Of a stretch of DNA of 64,000 nucleotides, positions 1 through 12,693 are shown one piece after another. The DNA lies in NCBI RefSeq assembly GCF_009914755.1, contig NC_060927.1; one strand, 5' to 3'. The notes below the pieces were generated by a model. It was not told where the DNA came from. It searched no databases and saw only the letters and a list, made by a program, of their open reading frames with translations. Position 1 is the first letter of the stretch, and every line of letters begins with the position of its first letter. This DNA comes from the human T2T-CHM13v2.0 reference genome, Homo sapiens. Position numbers and translations under genes: made by a program.

Positions 1-48
1 AACCTCCCAAAGTGCTGGGGTTACAAGTGTGAAACACTATGCCTGGCC
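1..48 (-). mobile_element. Alu 5' end, cut by window edge
   Basis: ctcccaaagtgctggggttacaagtgtgaaacactatgcctggcc is the reverse complement of the Alu start. Confidence 0.9.
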
Positions 49-212
49 TTTCTTTCAGGAGGTAAGTTCTCTCTTTGTTCAGCTGAAGAGAGTTTAAGCA
101 ATCACTATGTAATAACTCAATAATTTTCTGGAGGTTTGAACTTCATAATTTTTTTCAATGATAACATAGAAAATATTTTTTCCTTTTGCTTCTTCCAGTG
201 GCTTTATTTAGT

Positions 213-1060
213 TTATTTTTTAATTGAAAATAAAACTTTGTGTGATACTGTAGATAAGATACAGCTGTAAAAAATAATACAGAAAGCTCCTAGGTACCTT
301 TTGCCCAGTTTCTCCCAATGGTTACGCTTGTCAAAATTATAAGAACTAGGATATTGACCATGATAAAATTCAGCAATCTTATTCAGATTTTCCAAGTTTT
401 ATTTATACTTATGTGTGTGTGTGTATTTGTGTGTATTAAATTTTATACCGTTTTATTACGTGCAGGTTCTTGTATCCACTGCCACAGTAATGATACTAAC
501 AGTTCCAACACCACAAGGATCCTCTTGTTGCCTTTTTATATCCACACTCACCTCCTGCTTGCCACCCTCCTTCTCCAACCCCCACTCCCCATCCCCTAAC
601 TCCTGCCAACTACTCATCTACCTCCATCTAAATTATTTTTCATATTTCAAAATTTTACATAAATGAAATTAACAGTGCTATGTAGCCTTTTGGGATTAGC
701 TTTTTTCACTCAACATAATTTTCTGAAATTCATCTAAGTTCTTGCTTGTATCAATAGTTTGTTTCTTTTATTGCTGAGTAGTATTCCATGGAATGTACTT
801 GTCACAGTTTGTTTAATCATTCATGTGTTGAACATCTGGGCTGATTCCAGTTTTTACCTATTGTAAATAAAACTGCTATGAATATTTGTGTATGGGTTTT
901 TGTTTTGGTAAACATAAATTTTAATTTCTCTAGGAAGTGTCTCCAGGAGTGCAACTGCTGGGTGTTATTGTGGTTGCATGTTTAGTTTTAGTTTTGTTTT
1001 GTTTTTGTTTAAGAAATTGCCAAGCTGTTTTCCAAAATGGCCAGACCAGTTTACATTCCC
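213..1060 (-). mobile_element. Old L1 (L1MC-like) 3' end
   Basis: T-rich tail, then L1M 3'UTR motifs (tttgcccagtttctcccaatggt; ttgctgagtagtattccatgg; aaactgctatgaatatttgtg). Confidence 0.8.
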
Positions 1061-1679
1061 TGTCTGTCTTTTTAAACATTGTAGTTTATCTTCTGTTTGT
1101 GGAATCTTAGCTGGGCTAAATGAATCCCAGTGTGGGAAGGATTTTAGAAACCTTGCCAAGACACAAAAAATAAAGTATGTTCTGAACTAATCTGAAGAAG
1201 AGAAAATCTTGTTTAAGTAAACCTGTCTATGTAACAAGGTCATAAAAAAGGCTACACAATAAGAGAGAGGATCGTTCTTTTGGATTTTCAGAGAAGCCTT
1301 TGTTAAAATTCCACATGACCCAATGCTACTTAAAACCAAAGTCATGGGGATTAAAGGGGAAATATAAAGAATCAAAAATCTAATTCACAGTGAGTTACGC
1401 AGGCTTTGTGCCTGGATTCTTGTGTACTTACAGCTGTCTACAGCACATTCCATCTAGAGTTGCTAGATGCTCTCCTTTAAGGTGTTAGCTTTCCCAGACA
1501 TGCTTTGATGTCCTAGCAGTACCAACATGGGCAGAGTGTCATGGGCTGCAAGGAAATGGGAGAATGCTGACACTTTCTTTACATCCTATCAGGACTCTTT
1601 GGAATGAAAGATACATTTTAGTTATTGTTTTCATTTTGAGAACAATAAGCACATATAATTAATTATGATATTTACAGTT

Positions 1680-1830
1680 ATAGCCACCATTTTGAGTTTC
1701 TACCATGTGCCAGGATCTGTGCTAAATTACATACATTATATACAGTTCTCAAAATCAGCCTTCAAAGAAGGTATTTTTTTAGATCTCCAATTTATAAATG
1801 AGGGAGGTTAGGTCATCAAGTTTAACCACA
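1680..1830 (+). mobile_element. MIR fragment
   Basis: ttgagtttctaccatgtgccagg ... ctccaatttataaatgagggagg core-like. Confidence 0.6.
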
Positions 1831-2044
1831 TATATTCATTAGACTACTATGAAACAAATTCAAAATTTTTATTAATTTCCATGCTAAGGAATTCTAAATG
1901 CCCAGTTTCACCTATGACTTCTCTATCTACCGTGATTCATTACTGACTGCTGGGGGCAGGGGAAGAATTAGGAGGATGGGTAGTAGAGGTAGAGTGGCTT
2001 AAGGTACACAAATATAATAATCATAATTATAATCATATTTTAAT

Positions 2045-2262
2045 TATGCCATCATTTATTGAGTTTCTGCTATGTGCTGGGATTTCTGCTAATTTTGATA
2101 TATAAGGTCTTGACTTCAAACAAAAATAATCTTGTGTAAAACAGTCACGTAAATACATGAGGAAACAGGCTTAGAAAGGTGAAGTGATTTTTCATAAAGT
2201 CACACACCTGGAGAAAATTCTAAGATTCAATCAGTGATCTACCTGACTCTAAAATTATTGCT
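2045..2262 (+). mobile_element. MIR fragment
   Basis: catttattgagtttctgctatgtgc ... atgaggaaacaggcttagaaaggtgaagtga ... ctgactctaaa. Confidence 0.7.
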
Positions 2263-2371
2263 CTGTTTGTTTGCATATCTCTATGTATGTATATCAATGG
2301 AAAACACACACCCACACCCACACTCACTCATACACACACAAATTCGTTATTAGAGAAATTAAGATTCTTGG

Positions 2372-2728
2372 TGATATGGTTTGGCTCTTTGTCCCCACCC
2401 GAATCTCATCTTGCAGCTCCCGTAATTCCCACATGTTGTCAGAGGGACGTGGTGGGAGATGACTGAATCATGGAGGTGGGTCTTTCCCATGTTGTTCTCA
2501 TGATAGTGAATAAGTCTCATGAGATCTGATGGTTTAAAAATGGTAGTTTCCCTGCACAAGCTCTCTCTTTGCCTGCTGCCATCCATATAAGATGTGACTT
2601 GCTTCTCCTTGCCTTCCACCATCATTGTGAGGCCTCCCCAGCCATGTGGAACTGTAAGTCCATTAAATTGCTTTTTCTCCCCAGCTTTGGGTATGTCTTT
2701 ATCAGCAGCATGAAAACAAGCTAATATG
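2372..2728 (+). mobile_element. THE1 (THE1C-like) MaLR 5' LTR
   Basis: Starts tgatatggtttggct; contains gagatctgatggttt and gaggcctccccagccatgtggaactgtaagtcc; followed by internal start gtaaattggtaccagtagag. Confidence 0.93.
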
Positions 2729-3305
2729 GTAAATTGGTACCAGTAGAGTGGGGTGCTGCTGAAAAGATACCTGAAAATGTGGAAGACATTTTCCCCATTG
2801 TCTTGAGGATTAACATTCGGCTCCTTATAAATTATGCAAATTTCAGCAGTCAGCTTGAATTTCTCCTTAGAAAATAGGATTTTCTTTTCCATCGTGTTGT
2901 CAGGCTGCAAATTTTCCAAACTCTTATGCTCTGCTTCCCTTACAAAACTGAATGCCTTTAACAGCACCCAAGTCACCTCTTGAATGCTTTGCTGCTTAGA
3001 AATTTCTTCTGCCAGGTACCCTAAATCATCTCTCTCAAGTTCAGTGTTCTACAAATCTCTAGGGCAAGGGCAAAATGCCACCAGTCTGTTTGCTAAAACA
3101 TAACAAGAGTCACCTTTCTCCAGTTCCTGAAAACTTCCTCATTTCCATCTGAGACCACCTCAGCATGGATTTCATTGTCGATATCATTATCAACATTTTA
3201 GTCAAAATCATTCAACAAGTTTCTAGGGAGTTCAAAACTTTCTCACATTTTTCTGTCTTCTTTTGAGCCCTCCAAACTGTTCTAACCTCTGCCTGTTACC
3301 CAGTT
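2729..3305. mobile_element. THE1 internal fragment: 2729-2785 forward, 2786-3305 inverted; remainder and 3' LTR absent
   Basis: Compared with the intact THE1-int at 48122-49687: 2786-3305 is the reverse complement of about 48188-48710 (minus-strand ORF TWVLLKAFSF matches the plus-strand ORF at 48191). Confidence 0.9.
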
Positions 3306-3479
3306 TTTGTGGCTGGTAAGTCTGATGGAAAACTTTGGGTAGTTGTCTTCAACAGTTAACAGAATATAGAAGAATAGGACTAGTGCAGTATCATGCTCAT
3401 TGACCTGGTTTTTTCATGTTCATCAATCTCTCCTCAGTCTCAACCATTCCCCTTTCTACTTATTTACTACAAAATTTCT

Positions 3480-4085
3480 TTGTCACTGATGGATCAACAC
3501 TCCTTTACTTGTAGCTGGTGGTACATAATTCCCACTATCTATTATATAGGAGCTCCATACTGTCTCTCACTTTATATTTTCTTCATAATAGACACTTATT
3601 AAATATTTGAATGATGAATGAATGAAATATTAGAATTTTCCCTTCCACACTATTTACCTTCTTGGTATCAATTGCTCTTTAATGTTTTCACCATCTCCGA
3701 TAGCTCCTTTCAAGAATATCTGATTTAAAAGGTAATTCCCTGTGTTTAAAATTGAGCATTCTGTTTAGTTCAGTTTAATAGCATGTAGTAATTTAGCCTT
3801 TAAGCGGGGAACCCTGTTAGGTGCTCAGGGCAAGGAGATGACTAACACATCACCTGACTTTTAAGGAGTTCCCTATTTTCTAGAGGACACAAATGAGTAT
3901 GATAAGGGCAGCTAGAGAAACCTGCACAAGAAATGAAGGAAATTCATCGTATCGGATCACCAGAAGAGATGGACAAAGATGGCTTTCCACAGGGGATGAT
4001 ACCTAACCTGGATTTTGAAAGATGAATAAGAGTTTTCCTTTTTAGATAGATGAGCAAGGACTATCTTAAATAGAAAACATTTTTG
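3480..4085. mobile_element. L2 fragments
   Basis: aaatatttgaatgatgaatgaatgaa 3' tail (+); ggattttgaaagatgaataagagttt (-). Confidence 0.5.
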
Positions 4086-5795
4086 TTCACTGAGTTAGCT
4101 CTGGAAATTGCAGGAAATGTTACGTGGATTTTGGGGATCTAGGCTCAGAATCAAAACCTGGGTTTTGATGTATTAGGATTGGGAGTTTCACCTTTACAGC
4201 ATGACAGGGAGAGAAGTGGTTGATACAAGTAACAACTTTTATAAACAATGGCTGCTTCACATTTTATTCTAATTCCTGGATGAACCTGGGCAAAAAAATG
4301 AACAGAATAGAGATCTTTGTGGAATACATAAATAAAGCTATATTTTAAAATGGTTTGAAATTATGAGTTTAAATCTAAACTTTCTCAACTGAAGGCATTA
4401 AGGTGTTTCATCTTCTTCTTGTTGCTTCACTGTGGGTAGGGTGCATATTAAAAGTGCACAACTTTAAGAAGTTGAAGGACTTAGTTTGTCAAAAAGCGTA
4501 AAAAGCCCCTCCATCAACTCTAAGGATTATTATATCCTTAGTAGAAATAATTGCACGTGCCCACACTGATAGTGGAATGCATTTCCTGGAGTGCTGCATT
4601 GAGATAGATTCTGAGGCAATATCAACATTCATAGGAAAAAGCCCTATGATCAATTGTTCACATGTGTATATACGTGCATGTGTGTGTTGCTGGGGGCAGA
4701 GGGGATTGTGAACCATGTGCTGCATTTCTGCCATCTCTCAATCAGAAAAATAATGAATGGGTGGCCACAATAACTTGGGAAGCCTGATCACCTTATTTTT
4801 TAATAATTATACCCCATCCATACCCACATTGTATTTTCATCAAATTAATAAAAGATGATTTTGCAGTGTCCTTTTTTGTCATAGTATTAACATTCTCACA
4901 AGCACAACCATAAAATCAGTTGACATTTACTCTTAATTTACACAGAATAATGGTGTTGGTTAAAGAGTGATTACATATGAAGTTTAATACACAGTTATTT
5001 TTTACCTGGCTCTCTATTATCTATCTTTTATATCAGGAAAGCAATTTAATTTGGTGAGATATCCATGTAGATAACCACCATAGCTTGCACTTACAGCTTG
5101 ATAATGCCCTATAGGGACTTCTATACAAAGGAGAAGGCACTCAATAAATACACATGAAATGAAAGAATAATTCCGAGTCATATGACAGGGGGAATGTGAA
5201 GGAGGCTAAAAATGGGAAAGAATTAAGATAAGATTCTTAAGTTGAATTTATGTGGCATAAATGAAATACAGGATGGCGAAGGGTACTCCACTGTTTTATT
5301 GCCACTTCTTGCAGAAGGCCTGTGTAATTCATTTAATGCTTCCCTTTTTGTGACTTATGCTGTCATCCCAGATTCACAATAATGTAAGTTTACAGCACTC
5401 CATATCGACATATATTCTCTCTCCACTGTGTTTGCAAACTTCTCTACTCCTGCTGCGTTCCTAGGGGAGAGGGTTAATTCCCAAAAGGCACCACATCAGG
5501 AGATGTTATAAGTGGAATTGTTCCAGATAAGCAATGTCAGTCATGCAGTCATCCTGATGTGCAAGTCGAACCTCTTCATGGACATGATACTGGTGGTGTC
5601 CAGGAAACTAGGGTGTGGCTAAGACTGGAACAGCATAGGTCAAACTTTGCAAAATTAACTGTGTTCATTTTCATTAAAGTGTCTTCCTTATATCCTATTC
5701 TAATCAGAAAAATAAACATTTTATTGATTATGGATAAAATTTAGTGAGTGCTGTAACTTGATCCTATTTAATCCTTCCTAAACCCTATCAGTTAG

Positions 5796-6173
5796 TGATA
5801 TGGTTTGGCTTTTTGTTCCTGTCCAAATCTTATCTAAAATTGTAATCCCCAAGTGTTGAGGGAGGTGCTGGGTGGGAGGTGATTGGATTATAGGGGCGGT
5901 TTCCCCCATGCTGTTCTCATGATAGTGTGTGAGTTCTCTTGAGATCTGATGCTTTAGAAGTGTTTGGCAGTTACCCCTTTTTCTCGCTCGCTCTCTCTCT
6001 CCTGCCGCATTGTGAAGAAGGTACTTGCTCCTCCTTCACCTATCTGCCGTGATTGTAAGTTTCCTGAGGCCTCCCCAGCCATGCGGAACCATGAGTCAAT
6101 TAAACCTCTTTTGTTTATATATTACCCAGTCTCAGGTACTATCTTTGTAGCAATGTGAAAACAGATGAATACA
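5796..6173 (+). mobile_element. THE1D/MST-like solo LTR inserted into a MIR
   Basis: TG...CA ends, degenerate 5-bp TSD gttag/gttga, MIR-like halves at about 5760-5795 and 6174-6320. Confidence 0.88.
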
Positions 6174-6929
6174 GTTGACTACCATTATTTTCTCCAGTTT
6201 GCATTTTGGAAAATTGAAACTTAAGGAGCATAAGTAGTTAGTCTAAGATTGCATAGCTGAGTGTCATGGTCTAGTTTAAATCAAAGGTTGCCTAATACCG
6301 ATGTTTTTATCATGCTAATCACCATACAGCATAGCCTTCTGTACAGAAACTGTGGTTGACATCTTCCCATTTACCTGGCTGATTTAACAGTCCCTCCTAA
6401 CAGCTGTCTGCCTGGGGAGCTGTGTCAACCCTATAGAGCAAACATTGGGAATTTAGTTTATAACTTGAACAAAATATCTACATGTCAGGGAGAGTCCCAG
6501 AGAAATAAGACACTGGTTTATTCCCCTTACCCTCCTTTTTCCAGTCTTTTATTCTGGTCTTAAAACTGCTTAGTTGTAACTAATAAATGTTACTGGGTGA
6601 ATAAATGTTCACCCAAAATACTGTTTTTGACATAAATAATGTAATGTCCAAACAATGCAGAAGCTGCCTTAAATAAAACATGTGAATGCTGGGTCTTTCT
6701 TGTAATAATTTGAAAAATATCAATAATGTTGTCAGTTTAACAACAAAACATGCTATCTGCCCTTTTCGTCTTCCTGGCTATATTAGAAAAAGAAAAATGT
6801 GCCCCTTCATCACATAAAAAGTATACTTCTCATCACAATTGTCTTAAGAGTTGTTCTAGAAACCTACATTTAATTTTAAAATGAGCAAATGCAAATGAAT
6901 GGATTAGTAAACAAGAATGTTTGCTGGCT

Positions 6930-7090
6930 TTAGAATTAAATAACATGAACTTGAATCTCAGCTGGGAGGCTTTGGGCAACACCCTTACCTTCTTTGAACC
7001 TCTGTTTTTTCATGTAAAGTGGAGATAATTATACCTACTACAGAATGTTGCTGTGAGGATTAAATGAGATAATGAATGGGTATCAATTTG
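6930..7090 (-). mobile_element. MIR
   Basis: ttgggcaac...ctctgtttttcatgtaaagtggagataatta...gttgctgtgaggattaaatgagataat. Confidence 0.8.
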
Positions 7091-7248
7091 TTAACCAATG
7101 TAAATTTCATAGTGGTGCAAGCAGGAAAGAGCTTTATTTTGTTTTTCCCCCCAACACGATCTTTAATTTCTTGCTCCTTAAAGCTATCTAATTGGAGCCC
7201 ATGGCTGTTGGGAACCTTCAGTGATAACAATCATTTCATTTGGATAGT

Positions 7249-7899
7249 TGTCTTAATTTGGATTTCCCCTGAAATGATCTTGAGAGAAGAATATGGGTGC
7301 AGTTAGTCTATCTGGAAAGTGGGTGCAGGTAGTACAAGTGAAGAAAAGAGGAAAAGAGGAAAAAATAAAAACCAACAAAAGCTTTAGAGCAGGTCATTAC
7401 TATGGGTAACTGGGGCTCCATCTCTCTGAAATACCACGTGGAAGATACCTTGGAACATTCTCTTTGGAAGAAGGGGATGTAGGAGTGCTGTTGGTTCCCC
7501 AAGTGGATCCTCTTGTCTGCTCTATTGCACACATCCCCCATTACCCTGAGCATTGAATGGCTCACTGCTGCCCCCTGCTCCTTCTCCTGAGAATTGTTTT
7601 TAGTTTAGCCCACTCTCACTCCAGTTGCCAAGAGCGGATGAATGACAGAGACACATAAGGCCAGCCCTTTGCCTCAATAGGAGATGATTCTGATGGGTAA
7701 TTTAAGCTACAGAGCCCTTTTCTACCCATGAATCTGGCTAGATGGACCTGTGATCTCACACTAGCTTGGCTCTTTTTTCTTCCCTCTTCTGTTTTATTCC
7801 CTCCTTTTACTGGTTTCTCCTGAGGCATCTCTATCACTAAAACTCATGCATGTGAATTTCTGTCTCAATCTGTGCTTCTAGGGAACTTGACATAAGTCA
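7249..7899. mobile_element. Two old ERVL LTR fragments (LTR33/LTR16-like) in opposite orientation
   Basis: Right piece ends gtgcttctagggaacttgacataagtca (+); left piece begins tgtcttaatttggatttcccc (LTR 3' end on -). Confidence 0.55.
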
Positions 7900-9727
7900 G
7901 GGCAATTATTTAATTATGCTCATCTCCCACTGCTTGAGGATTTGGAGGCACTGACTAGCTGCTGCCTTTGTGGTTCACACCACAGCTTATTTCTGTTGCG
8001 GGCTCATTGCTCCCTTCATGGAGTGATATTGGGTGTGGACCCATCAGGTTGGTCTGAGACAGGTGAAGATTCTTGGTATACAGGAGACTTGTCATGCTTG
8101 CTGTGTAGACAGTCTCCACTGTTGCCCTCTCCTCTCCCTGTTATTGGTGTTGTCTGCAGCCAGTTTACCATCTTCAGATGGTAAACTCAGAAAACCTCAG
8201 AAAGGAAGTAAATAGCAGCTTCTTGTTTTGCTTATGCTCCCATAGTTAAGGAATACATGTAAACCTCCTTCAAGAATTCTGCCACCGAGTTCTGTCTTGG
8301 GGAATGGGGATAGGTTGGGGAACACTAACATGTTTTTCTGTCCACCCGCAAGCAGGCTGCCAGGGAATGAAACCTTAATCTACCCATCTGATAATCAGCC
8401 TTCGTTCACTTCATGGAAATGCCCTAACTTGGTTTGTGCAATAGCCACTCAGCCAACAATTTCCTGATTCAACAATCTCTCTTAACTCTAGTCTTCTGCC
8501 TATATGAGCTGGATGAGATGATGGGGGTGTGGGTAAAATGACCAATTTGGCCACCTTCTTTTTTAAATATGAGGTTTTCTATAGTCTCTTGGGACTTTGG
8601 GACTTTAGTTGGTTTCCAGAAGGAACAGAAAGCATTTTAATATTATTTTATAGATGTAAATTAAAACTTAGATGCTCACCAAGTGGTAGCTCTTAGTTTA
8701 ATTACAAAATTAGTCTCTGGAATGTTTGAAAAGTCATTGTTTCTTAGTGTTTTCTTTAATAAGGTGACTTAGCATATTTAATAAAAAAGACCACAGGCCT
8801 GAGAAGTAGGAGACCTGGGTCATCATGCTTTTAGCTCTGTGACATTTTTAAATAATTTCACCTTCCAACAGCCAATACGTAGGATAATAAAAGTTGTTTA
8901 ACATATCCCACAGGTTGTTGTAAGTCTGAAATGAAGGAAAACACCCAAAACATATTTGAAAGCAAAAGATAATGAAATGTCAGTTAATAATTAATAAAGT
9001 AACTCAATGTTAAGGGAGCCTATCAAAAGGCAATTTCTCCTTTCCTTCAGAGACGCTCACACCGATCCAACAAGCCGCCGTGACTGAGACCTGACTCGTT
9101 TTTGGCAAACAGATGCCACTCTAAATGATGACAAAGTGATAAACCTATGTAAATATTTCATATGGAAGCAAAGTCAATATGGACAAATGTGAAAGACATG
9201 ATTCCAAGACTGGAATGCCAGGCTATGCATAGACACAGCAAAAAACAATGTGGATATTGGAGTAGATCATAAGCCGAAAACAAACCCCATGCTGTTATTT
9301 AAAAGCTTACCAGAAACCCCTAAAAGGCATGGGCCAGGCATAATTTTGTCATTCTTCCCTAACCTCATCATGTCATATGCTGTCAATTGGGTGAGGCACA
9401 GTGTAGAAAAAAGTGTCCTGTGTTCTAATTCCTGCTCCTCCTGACCTTGGATTTGATGCTTCCTTCTCCTTGTTCTTTGATGGTCAAGGTGTCATGGTAA
9501 TGTGTATCTCTGTTCAAAGAATAGTTATAGATGATATGAGATAGTGTATGTGAAAGTGTTTTGGAAAAGATAGTTATTCTGTAGAGGTATAAGGTAATAT
9601 TAAACAAGTGATAAAAAAGATAGAATGTTCTAGAACAGAGTGAGAAAATAGCCTGGAGGAAAGGAAGCCAGAAGTTGTCCTATTTTATCACACTATCATA
9701 GACTGCCCAAAAGGAGCAAATGTCTCT

Positions 9728-9729
<2 letters not shown>

Positions 9730-9784
<55 letters not shown>
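9730..9784. repeat. (AG)n microsatellite, about 25 units
   Basis: Direct read. Confidence 0.97.
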
Positions 9785-9811
9785 CTGCTGTGCAAGCTAA
9801 AGCTTCGAAGA

Positions 9812-10167
<356 letters not shown>

Positions 10168-10382
10168 TGATAACATCTCACATGTGGAGGAGCCCTTCCA
10201 AATAGCCCATGGTCAACACATGAAATCAGCCGTTTAAATGTAAACCAATGACAAGTCAAACCATTTCTGAAAAACAAGAATTTCTTTATTATGGAAAATT
10301 CCAAATGTATACCAAAGAGACAGAATAGAATAGTGAATTCTATACACCCATCACTCTGCTTCAATATTGTTACCATTCTAGG

Positions 10383-10524
10383 AAGACTATTCCTTTAGAA
10401 ATATATTTTTTGATTTAAAAATTTTATTTGGAAACAATGTCAAATAAGAGTAGTAAAGACCATTCCTTTAAAAATGTTTTTGATTTTAAAACTTTTATTT
10501 GGAAATAATGTCAAATAAGAGTAG
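10383..10524. repeat. Tandem duplication, about 72-bp unit x2
   Basis: aagac(t/c)attccttta...ttttatttggaaa(c/t)aatgtcaaataagagtag at 10383-10453 and 10456-10524. Confidence 0.9.
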
Positions 10525-10811
10525 CTTAGATAGAATAATATAGAAAATTGTAACATAAGTAGAATAATTTCAAGTAAGAACAAGAATAGTGTAAAGAAAA
10601 CCCATAAACCCTTTATTCAGTCACCTATTGTTAATATTTTATTACTTTTCCTTTATCATTGTCACATAGCTCCCCCCAATTCCGCCCCACCTCATTCTCT
10701 GTACATTTCTTTTTCTGAATTGAGGATGATTCATACCCCTCATAGACATTTTCTTTTTTTTGTTCTTCAGGTTACATATCTATTCCTTTTTTTCAGGTTA
10801 CAGATTTATTC

Positions 10812-11108
10812 TTTTTTTTTTTTTTTTTTTTTTTTGAGATGGAGTTTCGCTCTTGTTGCCCAGGCTGGAGTGCAATGGCGTGATCTGCAACCTCCACCTC
10901 CTGGGTTCAAGCTATTCTTCTGCCTCAGCCTCTTGAGTAGCTGAGATTACAGGCGCCTGCCACTATGCTAGGCTAATTTTTGTATTTTTAGTAGAGACAG
11001 GGTTTCACTATGTTGGTCAGGCTGGTCTCGAACTCCTGACCTCAGGTGATCTGCCTGCCTCGGCCTCCCAAAGTGCTGGGATTACAGGCCTGAGCCACCA
11101 AGCCCATC
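10812..11108 (-). mobile_element. AluS (Sq/Sp-like)
   Basis: gagtttcgctcttgttgcccaggctggagtgcaatggc; small internal deletion. Confidence 0.92.
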
Positions 11109-11111
11109 CTC

Positions 11112-12693
11112 TTTTTAAAAATTTTATTATATTTTAAGTACTGTGATATATGTGCAGTAAGTGCAGGTTTGTTGATATATAGGTAAACATGTGCCATGGT
11201 GGTTTGCTGCACCTATTAACCTATCACCTAGGTATTAAGCCCCGAGTGTTTCAGCTAGTTGTCTTGATTAAAATAATTTACATTCCCACTAACAGTGTAA
11301 AAGCATTCCTACTTCTCCACAGCCTTGTTGTTTCTTGAATTTTTTATAATTGCCATTCTGACTGGTGTGAGATGATATCCCATTGTGGTTTTGATTTGCA
11401 TTTCTCTAATGAAAAGTGATGTTGGGCTTTTTTTCATATATTTGTTGGCCACATAAATGTCTTCTTTTGGGAAGTGTCTATTCATATCCTTTACCTAGTT
11501 TTTAATGGGGTTGTTTTTTTCTTGTAAATTTCTTTAAGTGTCTTGCAGATTCTGGATATTAGACCTTTGTCAGGTGGATAGATCGCAAAATTTTTCTCCC
11601 ATTCTGTAGGTTGTCTGTTCACTTTGATTGTAGTTTCTTTTGCTATGCAGAAGCTCTTTAGTTTAATTAGATCCCATTTGTCAATTTTTGCTTTTCTTCC
11701 AATTACTTTTGATGTTTTTGTCATGAAATCTTTTCATACTATGCCTATGTCCTGAATGGTATTACCTAGATTTTCTTCTGGGGTTTTTATAGTTTTGGGT
11801 TTTACATTTAAGTTTTAAATCCATCTTGAGTTAATTTTTGTACAAGGTGTAAGGAAGGGGTCCAGTTTCAATTTTCTGCATATGACTAGCCAGTTTTTCC
11901 AGCACTATTTATTAAGTAAGGAATCCTTTCCCCATTGCTTGTTCTTGTCAGATTTGTCGAAGATCAGATGGTTGTAGATGTGCGGTCTTTTTTCTGAGTT
12001 TCTGTTCCATTGGTCTATGTGTCTGTTTTCGTACCAGTACCATGCTGATTTGGTTACTGTAGCCTTGTAGTATAGTTTGAAGTCAGGTAGTGAGATGCAT
12101 CCAGCTTTGTCCTTTTTGCTTAGGATTGTCTTGGCTATACGGGGTCTTCTTTGTATGGTGTGGGCATTTATCTGCCCAGTGCCCTACAAAGAAATTCCGT
12201 ATGAAATTTATAATAGTTTTTTCCAATTCTGTGAAGAATGTCAATGGTAGTTTGATGGGAATAGCATTGAATCTATAAATTACTTCTGGCAGTATGGCCA
12301 TTTTCATGATATTGATTTTTCCTATTAGGATGGAATGTTTTTCCATTTGTATGTGCCCTGTCTTATTTCCTTGAGCAGTGGTTTGTAGTTCTCCTTGAAA
12401 AGGTCCTTCACATCCCTTGCTAACTGTATTCCTATGTATTTTACTCTCTCAGTGATTGTGAATGGGAGTTCATTTATGATTTGGCTCTCTTGTCTATTGT
12501 TGGTGGAAAGGAATGCTTGTGGTTTTCACACATTGATTTTGTATCCTGAGACTTTGCTGAGGTTGCTTATCAGTTTAAGGAGTTTCTGGGCTGAGATGAT
12601 GGGGTTTTCTAAATATAAAATTGTGTCATCTGCAAACAGAGACAATTTGACTTCCTCTCTTCCTATTTGAATACCCTTTATTTCTTTCTCTTT
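11112..12693 (-). mobile_element. 5'-truncated L1PA (about L1PA7/8) with an internal deletion near 11270
   Basis: ORF2 remnants ([14 protein letters not shown]; [12 protein letters not shown]); L1PA 3'UTR; putative TSD tcatagacatttt 10740-10752 / tcatggccatttt 12694-12706. Confidence 0.9.

Noticed and set aside
2359-2976. 205-aa ORF as a novel protein
   Set aside because: Artefact of reading across the THE1 inversion junction into antisense LTR.
9030-9150. Splice-acceptor-like site with a few CpGs (similar sites at about 26058 and 46185)
   Set aside because: No convincing donor or open frame; such motifs are frequent in AT-rich DNA. lncRNA exons cannot be excluded without RNA data.
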